Positions 18,269 to 27,497 are shown, numbered from the stretch's first letter. The stretch: DNA of 44,222 nt from an uncultured bacterium (GCA_964607485.1 CAZSKP010000037.1:1-44222); one strand, 5' to 3'. The notes: generated by a model from the sequence alone, not told the origin. A program made the numbers and translations.

Positions 18269-19306
18269 ATGAGTATCTACGACTACAGAGACAGGTCCGC
18301 CTACGAACCCTTGCCCGGTAATCCCGATTACTGCGAGAATAAACACATTTTGTCCTGGTGGACGGACTCACACGACCATCTTCTCTCAAAAGAGATTCAA
18401 GAAAAGCAATGGTCTTGGTACTGGTGTATCACGGACGAAATAGTGTCAATCACGTCACCTGAAGTAATAATTGCATGGAGAAATGCTGACCCTTTGTGCT
18501 CAAGATACGCATGGTATAACGTGCTCATGAACTTCGCGGTTTCTCGTGCAAAATCTCAAGGTCTCACAAAGGCCATTAGGAGGCCCGAGTGGAAGTTGTG
18601 TCCGCTTTGTAATGAAGCCTTTGTAGAAGACTCCCTACCATTCCCGCTTATTCAAAGACTCGGCATTGATAGAATCGATTTCTGCGCACCATGTCTGCGA
18701 GATACCGTCCTTCAAGATTCCGGCAATTATAATGCTTCAAGGAATGATGTATGTTCTTATCTACGAGATTTAGCAGGTGTATTAGAGCGTGTGCCCACAC
18801 AGAATTTCGGCGAAGGCACTCATGATCTCTTTTACCTAAATACACAAGAGAGATTGGCAGTTCTTCAAGTTCTGAGAAAGAAGCCTTCCTTGAGTCAGGT
18901 TAGAAACCTTTTTGGTTCATGGCTGAATGCGCTTATAGAAGCAGGGGTTCTTGAAGATGGGACAAGGAGAACAAGTCGAGGAACAACATGTTTGGCAAGA
19001 GATGGACACACATGCCGATCTCTAGGCGAGAAAACGATAGACGATCTGCTCTTCTCTCTTGGAATCCCTCACGAAAAGGAAATTACGTATCCGGAATCCA
19101 AATTCATCACGGATTTTAATGTTGGCGGTATTTTCATCGAATATTTTGGTCTCGCGGGGGATCCTGATTATGATGCAAAGATTCGCCAGAAAGAGGAATT
19201 ATGCACAGATCATGGTATTAAGTTGATTGCTATTTACTCAAGCGATTTATTAAGTTCATCGAAATTGAAGAGGAAGCTTTTGAGCGGCCTTATCCCATTG
19301 GAATAA
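18269..19306 (+). CDS. AT-rich predicted nuclease: Zn finger + homing-endonuclease-associated repeat + C-terminal PD-(D/E)xK-like domain
   Basis: CPLC...CAPC; LERVPT...FGSWLNALIEAG; DGHTCRSLGEKTIDD...E..YP...TDF...IEYFG...Y...K. Markedly AT-richer than its neighbours. Confidence 0.7.
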   Translation: MSIYDYRDRSAYEPLPGNPDYCENKHILSWWTDSHDHLLSKEIQEKQWSWYWCITDEIVSITSPEVIIAWRNADPLCSRYAWYNVLMNFAVSRAKSQGLTKAIRRPEWKLCPLCNEAFVEDSLPFPLIQRLGIDRIDFCAPCLRDTVLQDSGNYNASRNDVCSYLRDLAGVLERVPTQNFGEGTHDLFYLNTQERLAVLQVLRKKPSLSQVRNLFGSWLNALIEAGVLEDGTRRTSRGTTCLARDGHTCRSLGEKTIDDLLFSLGIPHEKEITYPESKFITDFNVGGIFIEYFGLAGDPDYDAKIRQKEELCTDHGIKLIAIYSSDLLSSSKLKRKLLSGLIPLE

Positions 19307-19313
19307 AACTTAA

Positions 19314-19362
19314 GGGTTAGGGCCTGCAATATTACATTTGTTGTAAAGCAAGATCTGACCCC
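19314..19362. repeat. Degenerate GGGGTCAG...CTGACCCC-type palindromic repeat
   Basis: GGGTTAGGGCCTGCAATATTACA / TTGTAAAGCAAGATCTGACCCC forms an imperfect inverted repeat immediately after the nuclease stop. Confidence 0.55.
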
Positions 19363-19486
19363 CAATTCGTTGTGTCTTTGCAGTTAAGATTCCTCGCAGT
19401 TCTTTGCGGTGAAACACATCCGTAATCGAACCCCGCCTTGCGGGTCGTCCGCTCGCGTGTTAATATTTCTTCCATAACGGTTTCGG

Positions 19487-19502
19487 TGTGACTTTGGTCA
19501 TA
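19487..19502. promoter_or_regulatory. CRP/FNR-family (HcpR-like) operator
   Basis: TGTGA-CTTTGG-TCATA matches TGTGA-N6-TCACA at 9 of 10 positions, ~60 bp upstream of the ferredoxin gene. Confidence 0.5.
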
Positions 19503-19561
19503 GTCCGCTCCCGTCCTTCTATGGCATATTGTAGGCATAGAGAGGAAAGGAAGGTCGTGAT

Positions 19562-19954
19562 ATGACAACCGTGAAAAGGAAAATCGTCAGGATAGACGAG
19601 GAGAAGTGCACCGGCTGCGGCGCATGCGTGATTCCCTGCGCCGAGGGCGCCATCGAGATAGTCAACGGCAAGGCGCGGCTCATCAGCGAGAAGCTGTGCG
19701 ACGGCGCCGGCTTTTGCCTCGGCATTTGCCCCGAGGGAGCGATGGTCGTAGAAGAGCGCGCGGCGGAGGCGTTCGACCATGCCGCCGTGGAGGAGCGCAT
19801 GAAAGAGACCCATTCAGACATAAGCGCGATTGAGTGTTTCAACTGCGGCAAGCCCGAGAGCGACACCGTTCTCCTGCCGTGTCGCAAGAACGGCGAGAGC
19901 CTGTGGGTGTGCGTGAGATGTCTGCCACCACTCATTCACGGCGGAGGCCACTGA
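19562..19954 (+). CDS. 4Fe-4S dicluster ferredoxin with a C-terminal Cys4 module
   Basis: CTGCGACVIPC and CDGAGFCLGICP, plus CFNC...CVRC at the C-terminus. Confidence 0.9.
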   Translation: MTTVKRKIVRIDEEKCTGCGACVIPCAEGAIEIVNGKARLISEKLCDGAGFCLGICPEGAMVVEERAAEAFDHAAVEERMKETHSDISAIECFNCGKPESDTVLLPCRKNGESLWVCVRCLPPLIHGGGH

Positions 19955-19962
19955 GCCCGAAC

Positions 19963-20457
19963 ATGCCGAACCTGTCGAAAACCAAAGTCGCCGCCGAGAT
20001 GCGGAATGTGTTCGGCGACGACGAGAGAAGAATCGCGCACGCGATGAGCGTGCTGTCGTTTGCGGAGAGGATACTGCTCGGCGAGAGCGGCGACACCGAC
20101 GTGGTCGTCGCGGCGGCGCTGCTGCACGACATAGGCATCCACGCGGCCGAGCGCGAACACGGGAGCAACGCCGCTCGTTATCAGGAACTTGAGGGCCCGC
20201 CCATCGCGAAAGGAATTCTCGAATCGCTGGGCGTTGCCCCGCAACTCATCGAAGAAGTGTGCGACATCATTTCCCACCATCATTCCCCCCGAGAAGACGA
20301 GACGCTGAATTTCAAAATACTCTATGACGCCGACCTGATCGTGAACCTGCGCGACGAGGTTCCTGCGTCCAGGCGAAGAGGCCTCGGCGCGAAGATGGAC
20401 AGGATGTTCTTCACGCCGACCGGCTTGAAATTGGCGCGAGAGGCGTTGTTGGGATAA
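19963..20457 (+). CDS. HD-domain phosphohydrolase
   Basis: RIAHAMSV...AALLHDIG...HHHS...DAD; start approximate. Confidence 0.88.
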   Translation: MPNLSKTKVAAEMRNVFGDDERRIAHAMSVLSFAERILLGESGDTDVVVAAALLHDIGIHAAEREHGSNAARYQELEGPPIAKGILESLGVAPQLIEEVCDIISHHHSPREDETLNFKILYDADLIVNLRDEVPASRRRGLGAKMDRMFFTPTGLKLAREALLG

Positions 20458-20540
20458 ACAGGCGGGCGGTCTCGGGACAATCCGACCGAGGTTTGAACAA
20501 GAAGCAGGAGGCTGGCGCATCCGAGGATGCCGACGCCGAC

Positions 20541-20966
20541 TCAGCCCTTCCGTTCGGCGGCTTCGATTTCTGAGAGCGCGTTGGCAAGCGTGTGCTTGCC
20601 AAGCATAGAAACGAGGACCTCCTGGGCTTCCTTCCAATAACTGCGGAACGGGCAGGTGTCGCTCTTGTCGCACGTCTCAGGGGCGTTGACGCACTTGCTC
20701 AATGATATCGGCCCTTCGAGCGCCTCGACGACTTCCAACATGGTGATCTCTTCGGGCGACTTCGCAAGCGAAAACCCCCCGCTGCTGCCCCTGAACGAGT
20801 TTACCAAGCCGGTCTTTGCAAGATTCTGGAATATCTTCGAGAAAAAATATTCCGGCATATCCTCGGCCGACGCGATCTCGCCCGCCATCACGAGCTTGCC
20901 TTCCGGCTGTCTCGCCAGGTGCAGCAACCCCTGTAGTCCGTAATCCACCCCGCGTGTGAGTTGCAT
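20541..20966 (-). CDS. Rrf2-family transcriptional regulator with a three-Cys Fe-S motif
   Basis: LTRGVDYG, SFRGSSGGF, C-x5-C-x5-C. TTGACA-N18-TAGAAT lies on the minus strand at 21055-21026. Confidence 0.93.
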   Translation of the reverse strand: MQLTRGVDYGLQGLLHLARQPEGKLVMAGEIASAEDMPEYFFSKIFQNLAKTGLVNSFRGSSGGFSLAKSPEEITMLEVVEALEGPISLSKCVNAPETCDKSDTCPFRSYWKEAQEVLVSMLGKHTLANALSEIEAAERKG

Positions 20967-21157
20967 GTTCTCTCCTCATCACTTTTTCACTGGAGGACGA
21001 TCGTCGTGAAAAAGCCTATACGGTTATTCTACGCGCAACCCGCCGGAAATGTCAACACCTTCCGCGCCCGCTTTCTCAGGCCCGGTAGGTGAAAAAGATC
21101 GGGTCTCACCGGTTTGCTGACCGAAAAGAGAGATCCTCTTGATAACCTTATCGGGAA

Positions 21158-21266
21158 TGTCATTCTGAGGAGCGAAGGGTCGCAGACCCGTGCGACGAAG
21201 AATCTCTCATCTTCGCGCAAGATTACGCCTGTTATCAGGAGATTCTTCGCTTCGCTCAGAATGACA
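21158..21266. repeat. TGTC-type palindromic repeat, copy B2 (with an extra internal hairpin)
   Basis: TGTCATTCTGAG...GAAGAATCTC...GAGATTCTTCGCTTCGCTCAGAATGACA. Confidence 0.85.
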
Positions 21267-21322
21267 AATGGGCAGTCGCGGTCGGGCAACAGACCCTCAC
21301 AATATTACACTTGATCGCCGTT

Positions 21323-21351
21323 TGCAGGGGCGCGCGGCGTGCGCCCCTGCA
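21323..21351. repeat. GCAG variant of the GTAG REP
   Basis: TGCAGGGGCGCGCGGCGTGCGCCCCTGCA hairpin, similar to the REP at 17911. Confidence 0.7.
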
Positions 21352-21422
21352 CGCCTGCTCTTGCGTATTTTCGTCGTAAGGGGTATAGTGAAAATCAAGA
21401 AAAGACGGGAGGAGGATTCTCG

Positions 21423-21584
21423 ATGAAGACAATCAATCTCGACGAAAAGCAACTGATGGAGCTCGAGCAAATCCTGACCGATTCCGACGGTGAGGCCGCG
21501 CTGGATTTCATCAAGCAGTTGAGGGATAAGTTCAAAAAGGCCGACGAACACCGCTCCTGCGACCAGAGCGCAAAGCCTTTCTGA
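21423..21584 (+). CDS. Small hypothetical protein (53 aa)
   Basis: GGAGGA RBS, TTGCGT-N17-TATAGT at 21361-21389, and a helical-looking sequence MKTINLDEKQLMELEQILTDSDGEAALDFIK... Confidence 0.7.
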   Translation: MKTINLDEKQLMELEQILTDSDGEAALDFIKQLRDKFKKADEHRSCDQSAKPF

Positions 21585-21771
21585 GCAGCCCTTTTTCTCC
21601 CTATTCCTCCAAGCAATTCTTTCCGCGCGCGGGCAAATTTTTCTTGTCCGTGAGAGCCGGACCGCGAATTTTTACCCAGCCCCTTTTTCCCGCACGCCTT
21701 TTTAAAGCTGTAACATCTTATAAGATAAGCTCTTAGAGGATTCGTTTTTCAGCCCCTTCCGACCCCTTGTC

Positions 21772-21788
21772 TTGGCACATCGCTTGCT
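21772..21788 (+). promoter_or_regulatory. Sigma54 (-24/-12) promoter of the flagellar operon
   Basis: TTGGCACATCGCTTGCT is a near-consensus site 64 bp upstream of flgF. Confidence 0.85.
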
Positions 21789-21851
21789 CAAACAACGTAG
21801 AGACAGGTATCCGTTTCAGCGCAATCGCGAGGAAAGACAAGAGAACCCTCT

Positions 21852-22607
21852 ATGCTTCGAGGCATCTATACGGCGGCCGCAGGAATGATAGTGCAGCGGG
21901 AGCGGCTCGACGTCATCGCCAACAATGTGGCAAACGTCGGCACCGTCGCCTTCAAGAGGGCCGAACCGATATCACGCGGCTTCTACCAGATTTTCGCAGG
22001 CGAGGTCGCCCGCTTCCCATCCGAGCGCGGCTCGGAAGAAATACCCGGCGGCGGCTCCGCGATTGACGCCACACCCGACGATTTCTCCGCCGGGCCGCTC
22101 GTGCAGACGGGCAATCCGTTCGATGTCGCAATCGACGGCCCCGGCTTCTTCGTGATACGAACTCCGGCGGGCGAACGCTACACCCGCGCCGGCAACTTCT
22201 CCTTCAACTCCGTCGGCCAGCTCCTCACCCGGGATGGCCATCAGGTGCTCGGCCGTGGGGGACCCATCGTGACGGCCGGCGAGACGGTGGAGATTTCCCC
22301 CGAAGGAGACATTCTGGTCGATGGCGCTCCCGCAGAGCGAATACGCATCGTCGATTTTCCCCGGCCATACAAGTTGTCCAAGCAGGGCCGGAATCTTTAC
22401 AGCGCGACGGAAGAGGTGGCCCGAACCAAGACGACGATTGACATACCGCAACTGCAAGTCGGAATGCTGGAACGCTCGAATGTGAACCCGATAGCCGAAC
22501 TTACATCGATGATGGACGCGGCGCGCAGCTACGAAACCCATCAGCGCGTCATACGGGCGTTCGACGAATCGCTCGACGCCGCCGTGAACCAGATAGCTCG
22601 CACGTGA
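21852..22607 (+). CDS. flgF: Flagellar basal-body rod protein FlgF
   Basis: DVIANNVAN, TGNPFDVAIDGPGFF, YTRAGNF, LERSNVN; directly upstream of flgG. Confidence 0.9.
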   Translation: MLRGIYTAAAGMIVQRERLDVIANNVANVGTVAFKRAEPISRGFYQIFAGEVARFPSERGSEEIPGGGSAIDATPDDFSAGPLVQTGNPFDVAIDGPGFFVIRTPAGERYTRAGNFSFNSVGQLLTRDGHQVLGRGGPIVTAGETVEISPEGDILVDGAPAERIRIVDFPRPYKLSKQGRNLYSATEEVARTKTTIDIPQLQVGMLERSNVNPIAELTSMMDAARSYETHQRVIRAFDESLDAAVNQIART

Positions 22608-22636
22608 CCGACGGCTGAAACCCAGCGGAGGTGAAC

Positions 22637-23422
22637 ATGCAGAGGTCTTTATTCACAGGGGCCACCGGAATGACGGCCCAGCAGCTCAATCTCGACGTGA
22701 TCGCCAATAACCTCGCCAACGTGAACACCACGGCGTTCAAACGGAGCCGGGTGGATTTTCAGGACCTGCTCTACCAGACGCTCCGCGCCCCGGGAGCCGT
22801 CTCAGCCGAGGGACTCGAGATACCCTCGGGCATCCAGCTCGGCCACGGAGTCGGCGTCGCCTCGATTACGAAAGTCTTTCTGCAGGGGTCGTTCACGCAG
22901 ACGGGAAACTCGCTTGACCTCGCAATCGAAGGGGATGGCTTCTATCAAATCACGCTGCCCGACGGCGAGATAGGCTACACACGAGACGGCTCCTTCAAGC
23001 TCAATCGCGACGGCACAATCGTCACCGCCGACGGGTTCCCGCTCGAGCCCGAAGTGACCATTCCCGAAGACGCCGTCAACATCACGGTGGGCAACGACGG
23101 CACCATATCGGTCACTCTCTCCGATGGTACCACCGACGAACTCGGACAGATAGAGCTCGCGCGGTTCATCAATCCTGCGGGTCTGCTGAGTCAGGGCCGA
23201 AACCTCTTCCGCGAGTCCGAGGCTTCGGGCGACCCCATCCTCAGCGTTCCGGGCGAAGAGGGAGCCGGCACAATCAGGCAGGGTTTCCTCGAAAGCTCCA
23301 ACGTGTCGGTCGTGGATGAAATCGTGCAGCTCATAATCACGCAGAGGGCCTTCGAGGTCAACTCGTCGGTCATTCGCACGTCCGACGAGATGCTGCAAAC
23401 GGCGAACAACATGCGAGTGTAA
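22637..23422 (+). CDS. flgG: Flagellar distal rod protein FlgG
   Basis: [38 protein letters not shown] 22637 follows GGAGG. Confidence 0.96.
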   Translation: MQRSLFTGATGMTAQQLNLDVIANNLANVNTTAFKRSRVDFQDLLYQTLRAPGAVSAEGLEIPSGIQLGHGVGVASITKVFLQGSFTQTGNSLDLAIEGDGFYQITLPDGEIGYTRDGSFKLNRDGTIVTADGFPLEPEVTIPEDAVNITVGNDGTISVTLSDGTTDELGQIELARFINPAGLLSQGRNLFRESEASGDPILSVPGEEGAGTIRQGFLESSNVSVVDEIVQLIITQRAFEVNSSVIRTSDEMLQTANNMRV

Positions 23423-23434
23423 CGGACGGATAGC

Positions 23435-24427
23435 ATGATGCGAAACACGGTGGCGATTCTGATAGTCTTCCTCTTCGTGGCGGTTTCGGTCGCCGATGCG
23501 CGCGGGGCGACAATCACGCTCAAAGGCGAGACCGATGTCGCCTCCGAGGACGTGCGACTGGGCGATGTGGCGGACATCACCGGCACGGAGTCGTCGGAAC
23601 AGCTCGAAGCGCTCCGGTCGGTTGCAATCTGTTCCGCGCCGCCGCCGGCCGAGGCGGAATTCCTCGGCTTGAACACCATCGCACTCGCCCTCAGAGCTCA
23701 CGGCGTTGACCTCTACAAGCTGGAATTTACCGGGTCGAGACAAGTTCTCATCAGGCGCGCGTTCGCGCTTGTTCCGGTCGAAGAACTCCGACAAGGCTTT
23801 CTGCAACACGTTTCGCGACAGACGGGCTGGCCGGAAGACACGTTCTTCGTGAGCGCGCCGAAAAATCTCGACCCGATTCCCGTCCCGATGGGAGAGAGGA
23901 CAATCGCCTTCGAGACGGATCCGGGCGAGGATTTCTGCGGAAGCGTGTTCGCGCGCTTCGTGATATCGGTGGACGGGAAGCCTTATCGCGCGTTCGCGAA
24001 CAGGTTTACCATCGAGCGTTACGTCGAGGCGCTCGTCGCCGTCCACAAGATTCCGCGCGGTCAGCCGGTCGAGGAGTCCGACGTTGAGATAACGAAGGTC
24101 GAGCGCTCGCGCATCGAGAGGGAATCGCTCGCGAAAAAGGAACAGGCGGTGGGACTGCTGGCCGTTCGGACGATATACCCCGGCGTCATACTCAGGGCCG
24201 ACTTTCTCACCTCTCCGCCTGTCGTGCAGAGGGGGCAGGACGCCGCGGTCGTGTGGGACGGAAACGGCTTCGACATACTGACCAAGGGCCGCGTGCTCGA
24301 AGACGGCTGCCAAGACGAACTCGTGCGCGTGCGCCTTTCATCCAGGAAGATCGTGAAAGCCAGAGTGCTCGATTCCAAAACACTCAGGATAACCAAACAA
24401 GGAGACATGGGTGAAACGTTCCAATAA
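23435..24427 (+). CDS. flgA: Flagellar P-ring assembly chaperone FlgA
   Basis: Signal peptide, VRLGDVA N-terminal extension, SAF-like region and PPVVQRGQ...LEDG...VRV; sits between flgG and flgH. Confidence 0.88.
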   Translation: MMRNTVAILIVFLFVAVSVADARGATITLKGETDVASEDVRLGDVADITGTESSEQLEALRSVAICSAPPPAEAEFLGLNTIALALRAHGVDLYKLEFTGSRQVLIRRAFALVPVEELRQGFLQHVSRQTGWPEDTFFVSAPKNLDPIPVPMGERTIAFETDPGEDFCGSVFARFVISVDGKPYRAFANRFTIERYVEALVAVHKIPRGQPVEESDVEITKVERSRIERESLAKKEQAVGLLAVRTIYPGVILRADFLTSPPVVQRGQDAAVVWDGNGFDILTKGRVLEDGCQDELVRVRLSSRKIVKARVLDSKTLRITKQGDMGETFQ

Positions 24428-24572
24428 CGGCTCGCGGCGAATGGTCGTCGGAATCAAACAGCGCGCACAAACGCCGTCGAAGGGCCTTCCCAAAAAACTA
24501 TTTCTTGGGATACGTCACAGGGACGATCCCACGACCCAACACACGTCTCTCAAGCTGGAGAAGAACAAATGA
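24411..24572 (+). CDS. Putative small basic protein (53 aa) between flgA and flgH
   Basis: AAGGAG 6 nt before GTG 24411; open frame (M)KRSNNGSRRMVVGIKQ...LKLEKNK; its TGA overlaps the flgH ATG (ATGA). Confidence 0.45.
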   Translation: MKRSNNGSRRMVVGIKQRAQTPSKGLPKKLFLGIRHRDDPTTQHTSLKLEKNK

Positions 24573-25225
24573 GCGAGCACGAAAAAGCGGGTATGCGCCT
24601 GATTCTGTTGTTGATGGCGATCATTCTGGCGGCGCTTATCTGGGCGGAGTTGAGCTGGGCCGACTCGATATGGAACAGCTCGGCCGTCCGGCCCAACTCC
24701 CTCTATTCAGCCACCAAAGGGGAATACAAGATAGGCGATATCATCACAATCATGCTGGTCGAAAATGTCAGCGCCTCGAACTCCGCCAGTCTGGGCACCG
24801 ACAAAGAAACCCAGTTCGACATGCAATTCAAAGGGTTCGACACGCTCGCCGGCGTGAACCATCTTTTCGGCAGGCCCGTCACTGCCGATCCCAGTTTTAA
24901 CATCGACACGGAGAATCAGTTCGACGGCGGCGGCACATCGCGGCGCTCTTCGGTCATAACCGGCACCGTCTCCGGCCAGGTAACCGAAATCCTTTCCAAC
25001 GGCAACCTGCGAATCGAGGCGAGTCAGGCGATGGTGATAAACGACGAGAAGAACTCCGTCATCCTCGTGGGCACCGTGCGTCCACAGGACATCTCCCCCC
25101 AGAACACCATTCTCTCGACCCAGGTCGCCAACGTGGAGATCAAGTACGCCGGCAAGGGCCCGCTGAGCAACGTGCAGAAGCGGGGGATAATCACCGAATT
25201 TCTCGAGTTCATATGGCCATTCTAA
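24569..25225 (+). CDS. flgH: Flagellar L-ring protein FlgH
   Basis: KIGDIITI, NGNLRIE, GTVRPQDISPQNTILSTQVAN, Y.GKG, C-terminal WPF. Confidence 0.93.
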   Translation: MSEHEKAGMRLILLLMAIILAALIWAELSWADSIWNSSAVRPNSLYSATKGEYKIGDIITIMLVENVSASNSASLGTDKETQFDMQFKGFDTLAGVNHLFGRPVTADPSFNIDTENQFDGGGTSRRSSVITGTVSGQVTEILSNGNLRIEASQAMVINDEKNSVILVGTVRPQDISPQNTILSTQVANVEIKYAGKGPLSNVQKRGIITEFLEFIWPF

Positions 25226-25252
25226 TTTGAACACAGCGGTGGAGGAACGACG

Positions 25253-26341
25253 ATGAAACCGAGGCTGGCAGCGCTTATCGGCCTGAGCCTTCTTCTGAGC
25301 CTGCCTGCAACCGCGCAGTCCGCGACGAAGATAAAAGACATCGCGTTCGTGCGCGGGGTCAGGAGCAACCAACTGGTGGGGTACGGCCTCGTGGCGGGGC
25401 TCGACGGAACGGGAGACGGGCGGCGCATCCCGTTCACCCGCCAGATGCTCGCGAACATGGTCAACCAGTTCGGTGTCAGCTTCGAGACCAGGCAGCTTCG
25501 GGCCGAAAACGTGGCCGCCGTGATGGTCACCGCCGAGCTTCCGCCGTATGCCAGGGAGGGAGCCCGAATAGATGCCGTCGTCTCCACAATCGGCGATGCC
25601 GAGAGCATCCGCGGCGGCACGCTGCTGCTCACTCCGCTCCGGGGCGCGGACAACGAGATTTACGCGATCGCGCAGGGGTCGGTGTCCATCGGCGGGTTCG
25701 AGACGCGCGCACGCCGGGGCGGGCAGGAAAAACACTATACCGCCGGACTGATTCCGGGTGGCGCGCTCGTCGAGAAGGAGGTCCCCTCGACCATCGTTTC
25801 CGACGAAAAGTACCTGACCCTCTGTCTCGAGAGGAGCGATTTCACGACCGCGGTGCGCATGGCCGACGCCATAAACGTTCAGTTCCACCAAATCTGCGCC
25901 GAGGCAGTGGACGGCGGCACGGTCAAAGTGGCGATTCCGCCGAAGTACTCGGAAGATAGGATCACGTTCATAAGCGAGATGGAATCGACGCCCGTCCAAC
26001 CCGATATCCCCGCCAAGGTGGTCATCAACGAGCGCACCGGCACCGTCGTGGTAGGCCAGGAGGCGGTCATAACGCCCGTCGCGGTCTCACACGGAGACAT
26101 CCGGATTATCGTCCGAGCGCCTACCGAACAGCAGCCCGTAGCGCCTGCGCCGGCCGAGGCAGGCGCCGCGACCGAGGAAGGCGCGCCGACCGAGGGCCAT
26201 GTCGCCGAGATCGAGGGCGCAAACGTGGGCGAGGTGGCGGCGGCGCTTAACGGCCTCGGAGTTCTGCCACAGGACATGATAGCGATATTCCAGGCGATAG
26301 AACGCGCGGGCGCGCTCCAGGCCCGGCTGGAACTCATGTGA
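25253..26341 (+). CDS. flgI: Flagellar P-ring protein FlgI
   Basis: IKDIA...GVRSNQLVGYGLVAGLDGTGD, NVAAVMVTAELPP, VVINERTGTVV, AGALQA. Confidence 0.97.
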   Translation: MKPRLAALIGLSLLLSLPATAQSATKIKDIAFVRGVRSNQLVGYGLVAGLDGTGDGRRIPFTRQMLANMVNQFGVSFETRQLRAENVAAVMVTAELPPYAREGARIDAVVSTIGDAESIRGGTLLLTPLRGADNEIYAIAQGSVSIGGFETRARRGGQEKHYTAGLIPGGALVEKEVPSTIVSDEKYLTLCLERSDFTTAVRMADAINVQFHQICAEAVDGGTVKVAIPPKYSEDRITFISEMESTPVQPDIPAKVVINERTGTVVVGQEAVITPVAVSHGDIRIIVRAPTEQQPVAPAPAEAGAATEEGAPTEGHVAEIEGANVGEVAAALNGLGVLPQDMIAIFQAIERAGALQARLELM

Positions 26342-26374
26342 GAGCAATCGGAGTCGAACCGACACGGAGGAACC

Positions 26375-26584
26375 ATGCGAAACAAGATGAACAGGAGGCC
26401 GCAACACCGAGACAGGTCCCGGATTCATAACCGCTTCTTTCAGTCCGACCGCCCGGCGGCGGGCGACCGCGCCGGCTTCGGTCAGCCTATGTCCGTCAGG
26501 AGCATTCACGAAGACCCTGTTGAACATGCCTCTCAAGTCTGCCGCTACACGCTCGGCGGCATCGCATTCCAGATCATCACCTGA
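26375..26584 (+). CDS. Putative small hypothetical protein (69 aa) between flgI and flgJ
   Basis: Strong GGAGG RBS; fills an otherwise 267-bp gap in a compact operon; no recognisable family. Confidence 0.5.
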   Translation: MRNKMNRRPQHRDRSRIHNRFFQSDRPAAGDRAGFGQPMSVRSIHEDPVEHASQVCRYTLGGIAFQIIT

Positions 26585-26608
26585 AAAAGCGGGGACCCGA
26601 ACCGTCCG

Positions 26609-26962
26609 ATGAACCAGATCGACGTCGCCTCGGCCGCGGCCAGGCATGCGGGCGTTGGCGAGACCGAACTCAGACTTCAATATCTCCGCTCGCCCGGGGC
26701 GGATTCCGACCCCGAACGCCTCCGCGGCGCCGCACGGGAGCTCGAGTCCTATTTCCTGCATGTGCTCATCAGGGAAATGCGCAAGACCGTCCCGCCAAAT
26801 CCCATCCTGAACGGTGGAAAGGCCGAGGAAATATTCCAGGATTTCCTCGATGAGGAGATTGCCGGAGAATTGGCGCGTTCCAATCAACTCGGCCTGGCCG
26901 ATTTAATATACAACAGCCTCGAAGATTTGCTAAAGCAAAACCACAAAAATGTCGATATGTAG
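26609..26962 (+). CDS. flgJ: FlgJ, rod-binding domain only (no muramidase)
   Basis: LRGAARELESYF...MRKTVP...FQDFLD...LGLAD. Confidence 0.85.
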   Translation: MNQIDVASAAARHAGVGETELRLQYLRSPGADSDPERLRGAARELESYFLHVLIREMRKTVPPNPILNGGKAEEIFQDFLDEEIAGELARSNQLGLADLIYNSLEDLLKQNHKNVDM

Positions 26963-26971
26963 AGAAGGGAA

Positions 26972-27478
26972 ATGGCTATGCACAGAGCGGTAAACGACCT
27001 CGCCGATGTTGTTGAAAAACAGGTGAATAACTACACCGAACTGAAGCACCTGGTGCTGGAAGAACGCAAGGCTATAATGGCTAACGACTTAAAGAAACTC
27101 TCCGAGGTCACCTCGCACATCCAGGCCTTGGTCGCTTCCAATAATAGGCTCGAAATGGGACGCATGAGCCTCGTGAAGACCCTTGCATCGGAGCTTAAAC
27201 TCTCCATGGCCAACCCCACGCTGGCCCACATTGCGCGCCGATTGGAGAACCCGCTCTCGGATAAACTCATGGGACTGCGGCGCCGCGCCAAAGCGGCGAT
27301 CACGGACGTGCAGCGTCAGGCCCGCATAAACGGGGAAATGCTCAAATATTGTGTCAATCTGATGGACTCGGTGCTGAGAGGACTGGTCGACCCGAAACCG
27401 CGAGAGGCCACATACGGCAGCACCGGCCAAGCGAAACGCGTGACCGCTTCGGCCACGCTTTTGGACCACCACGTCTGA
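26972..27478 (+). CDS. flgN: Flagellar export chaperone FlgN
   Basis: Helical protein with N..L and C-terminal TY...G motifs, directly upstream of flgK. Confidence 0.8.
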   Translation: MAMHRAVNDLADVVEKQVNNYTELKHLVLEERKAIMANDLKKLSEVTSHIQALVASNNRLEMGRMSLVKTLASELKLSMANPTLAHIARRLENPLSDKLMGLRRRAKAAITDVQRQARINGEMLKYCVNLMDSVLRGLVDPKPREATYGSTGQAKRVTASATLLDHHV

Positions 27479-27497
27479 TTATTGACGGAGAGACATC

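Noticed and set aside
17940-19420. Integron cassette or IS explanation for the nuclease insert
   Set aside because: I found no convincing attC (RYYYAAC...GTTRRRY) pairing, no transposase or integrase and no target-site duplication.
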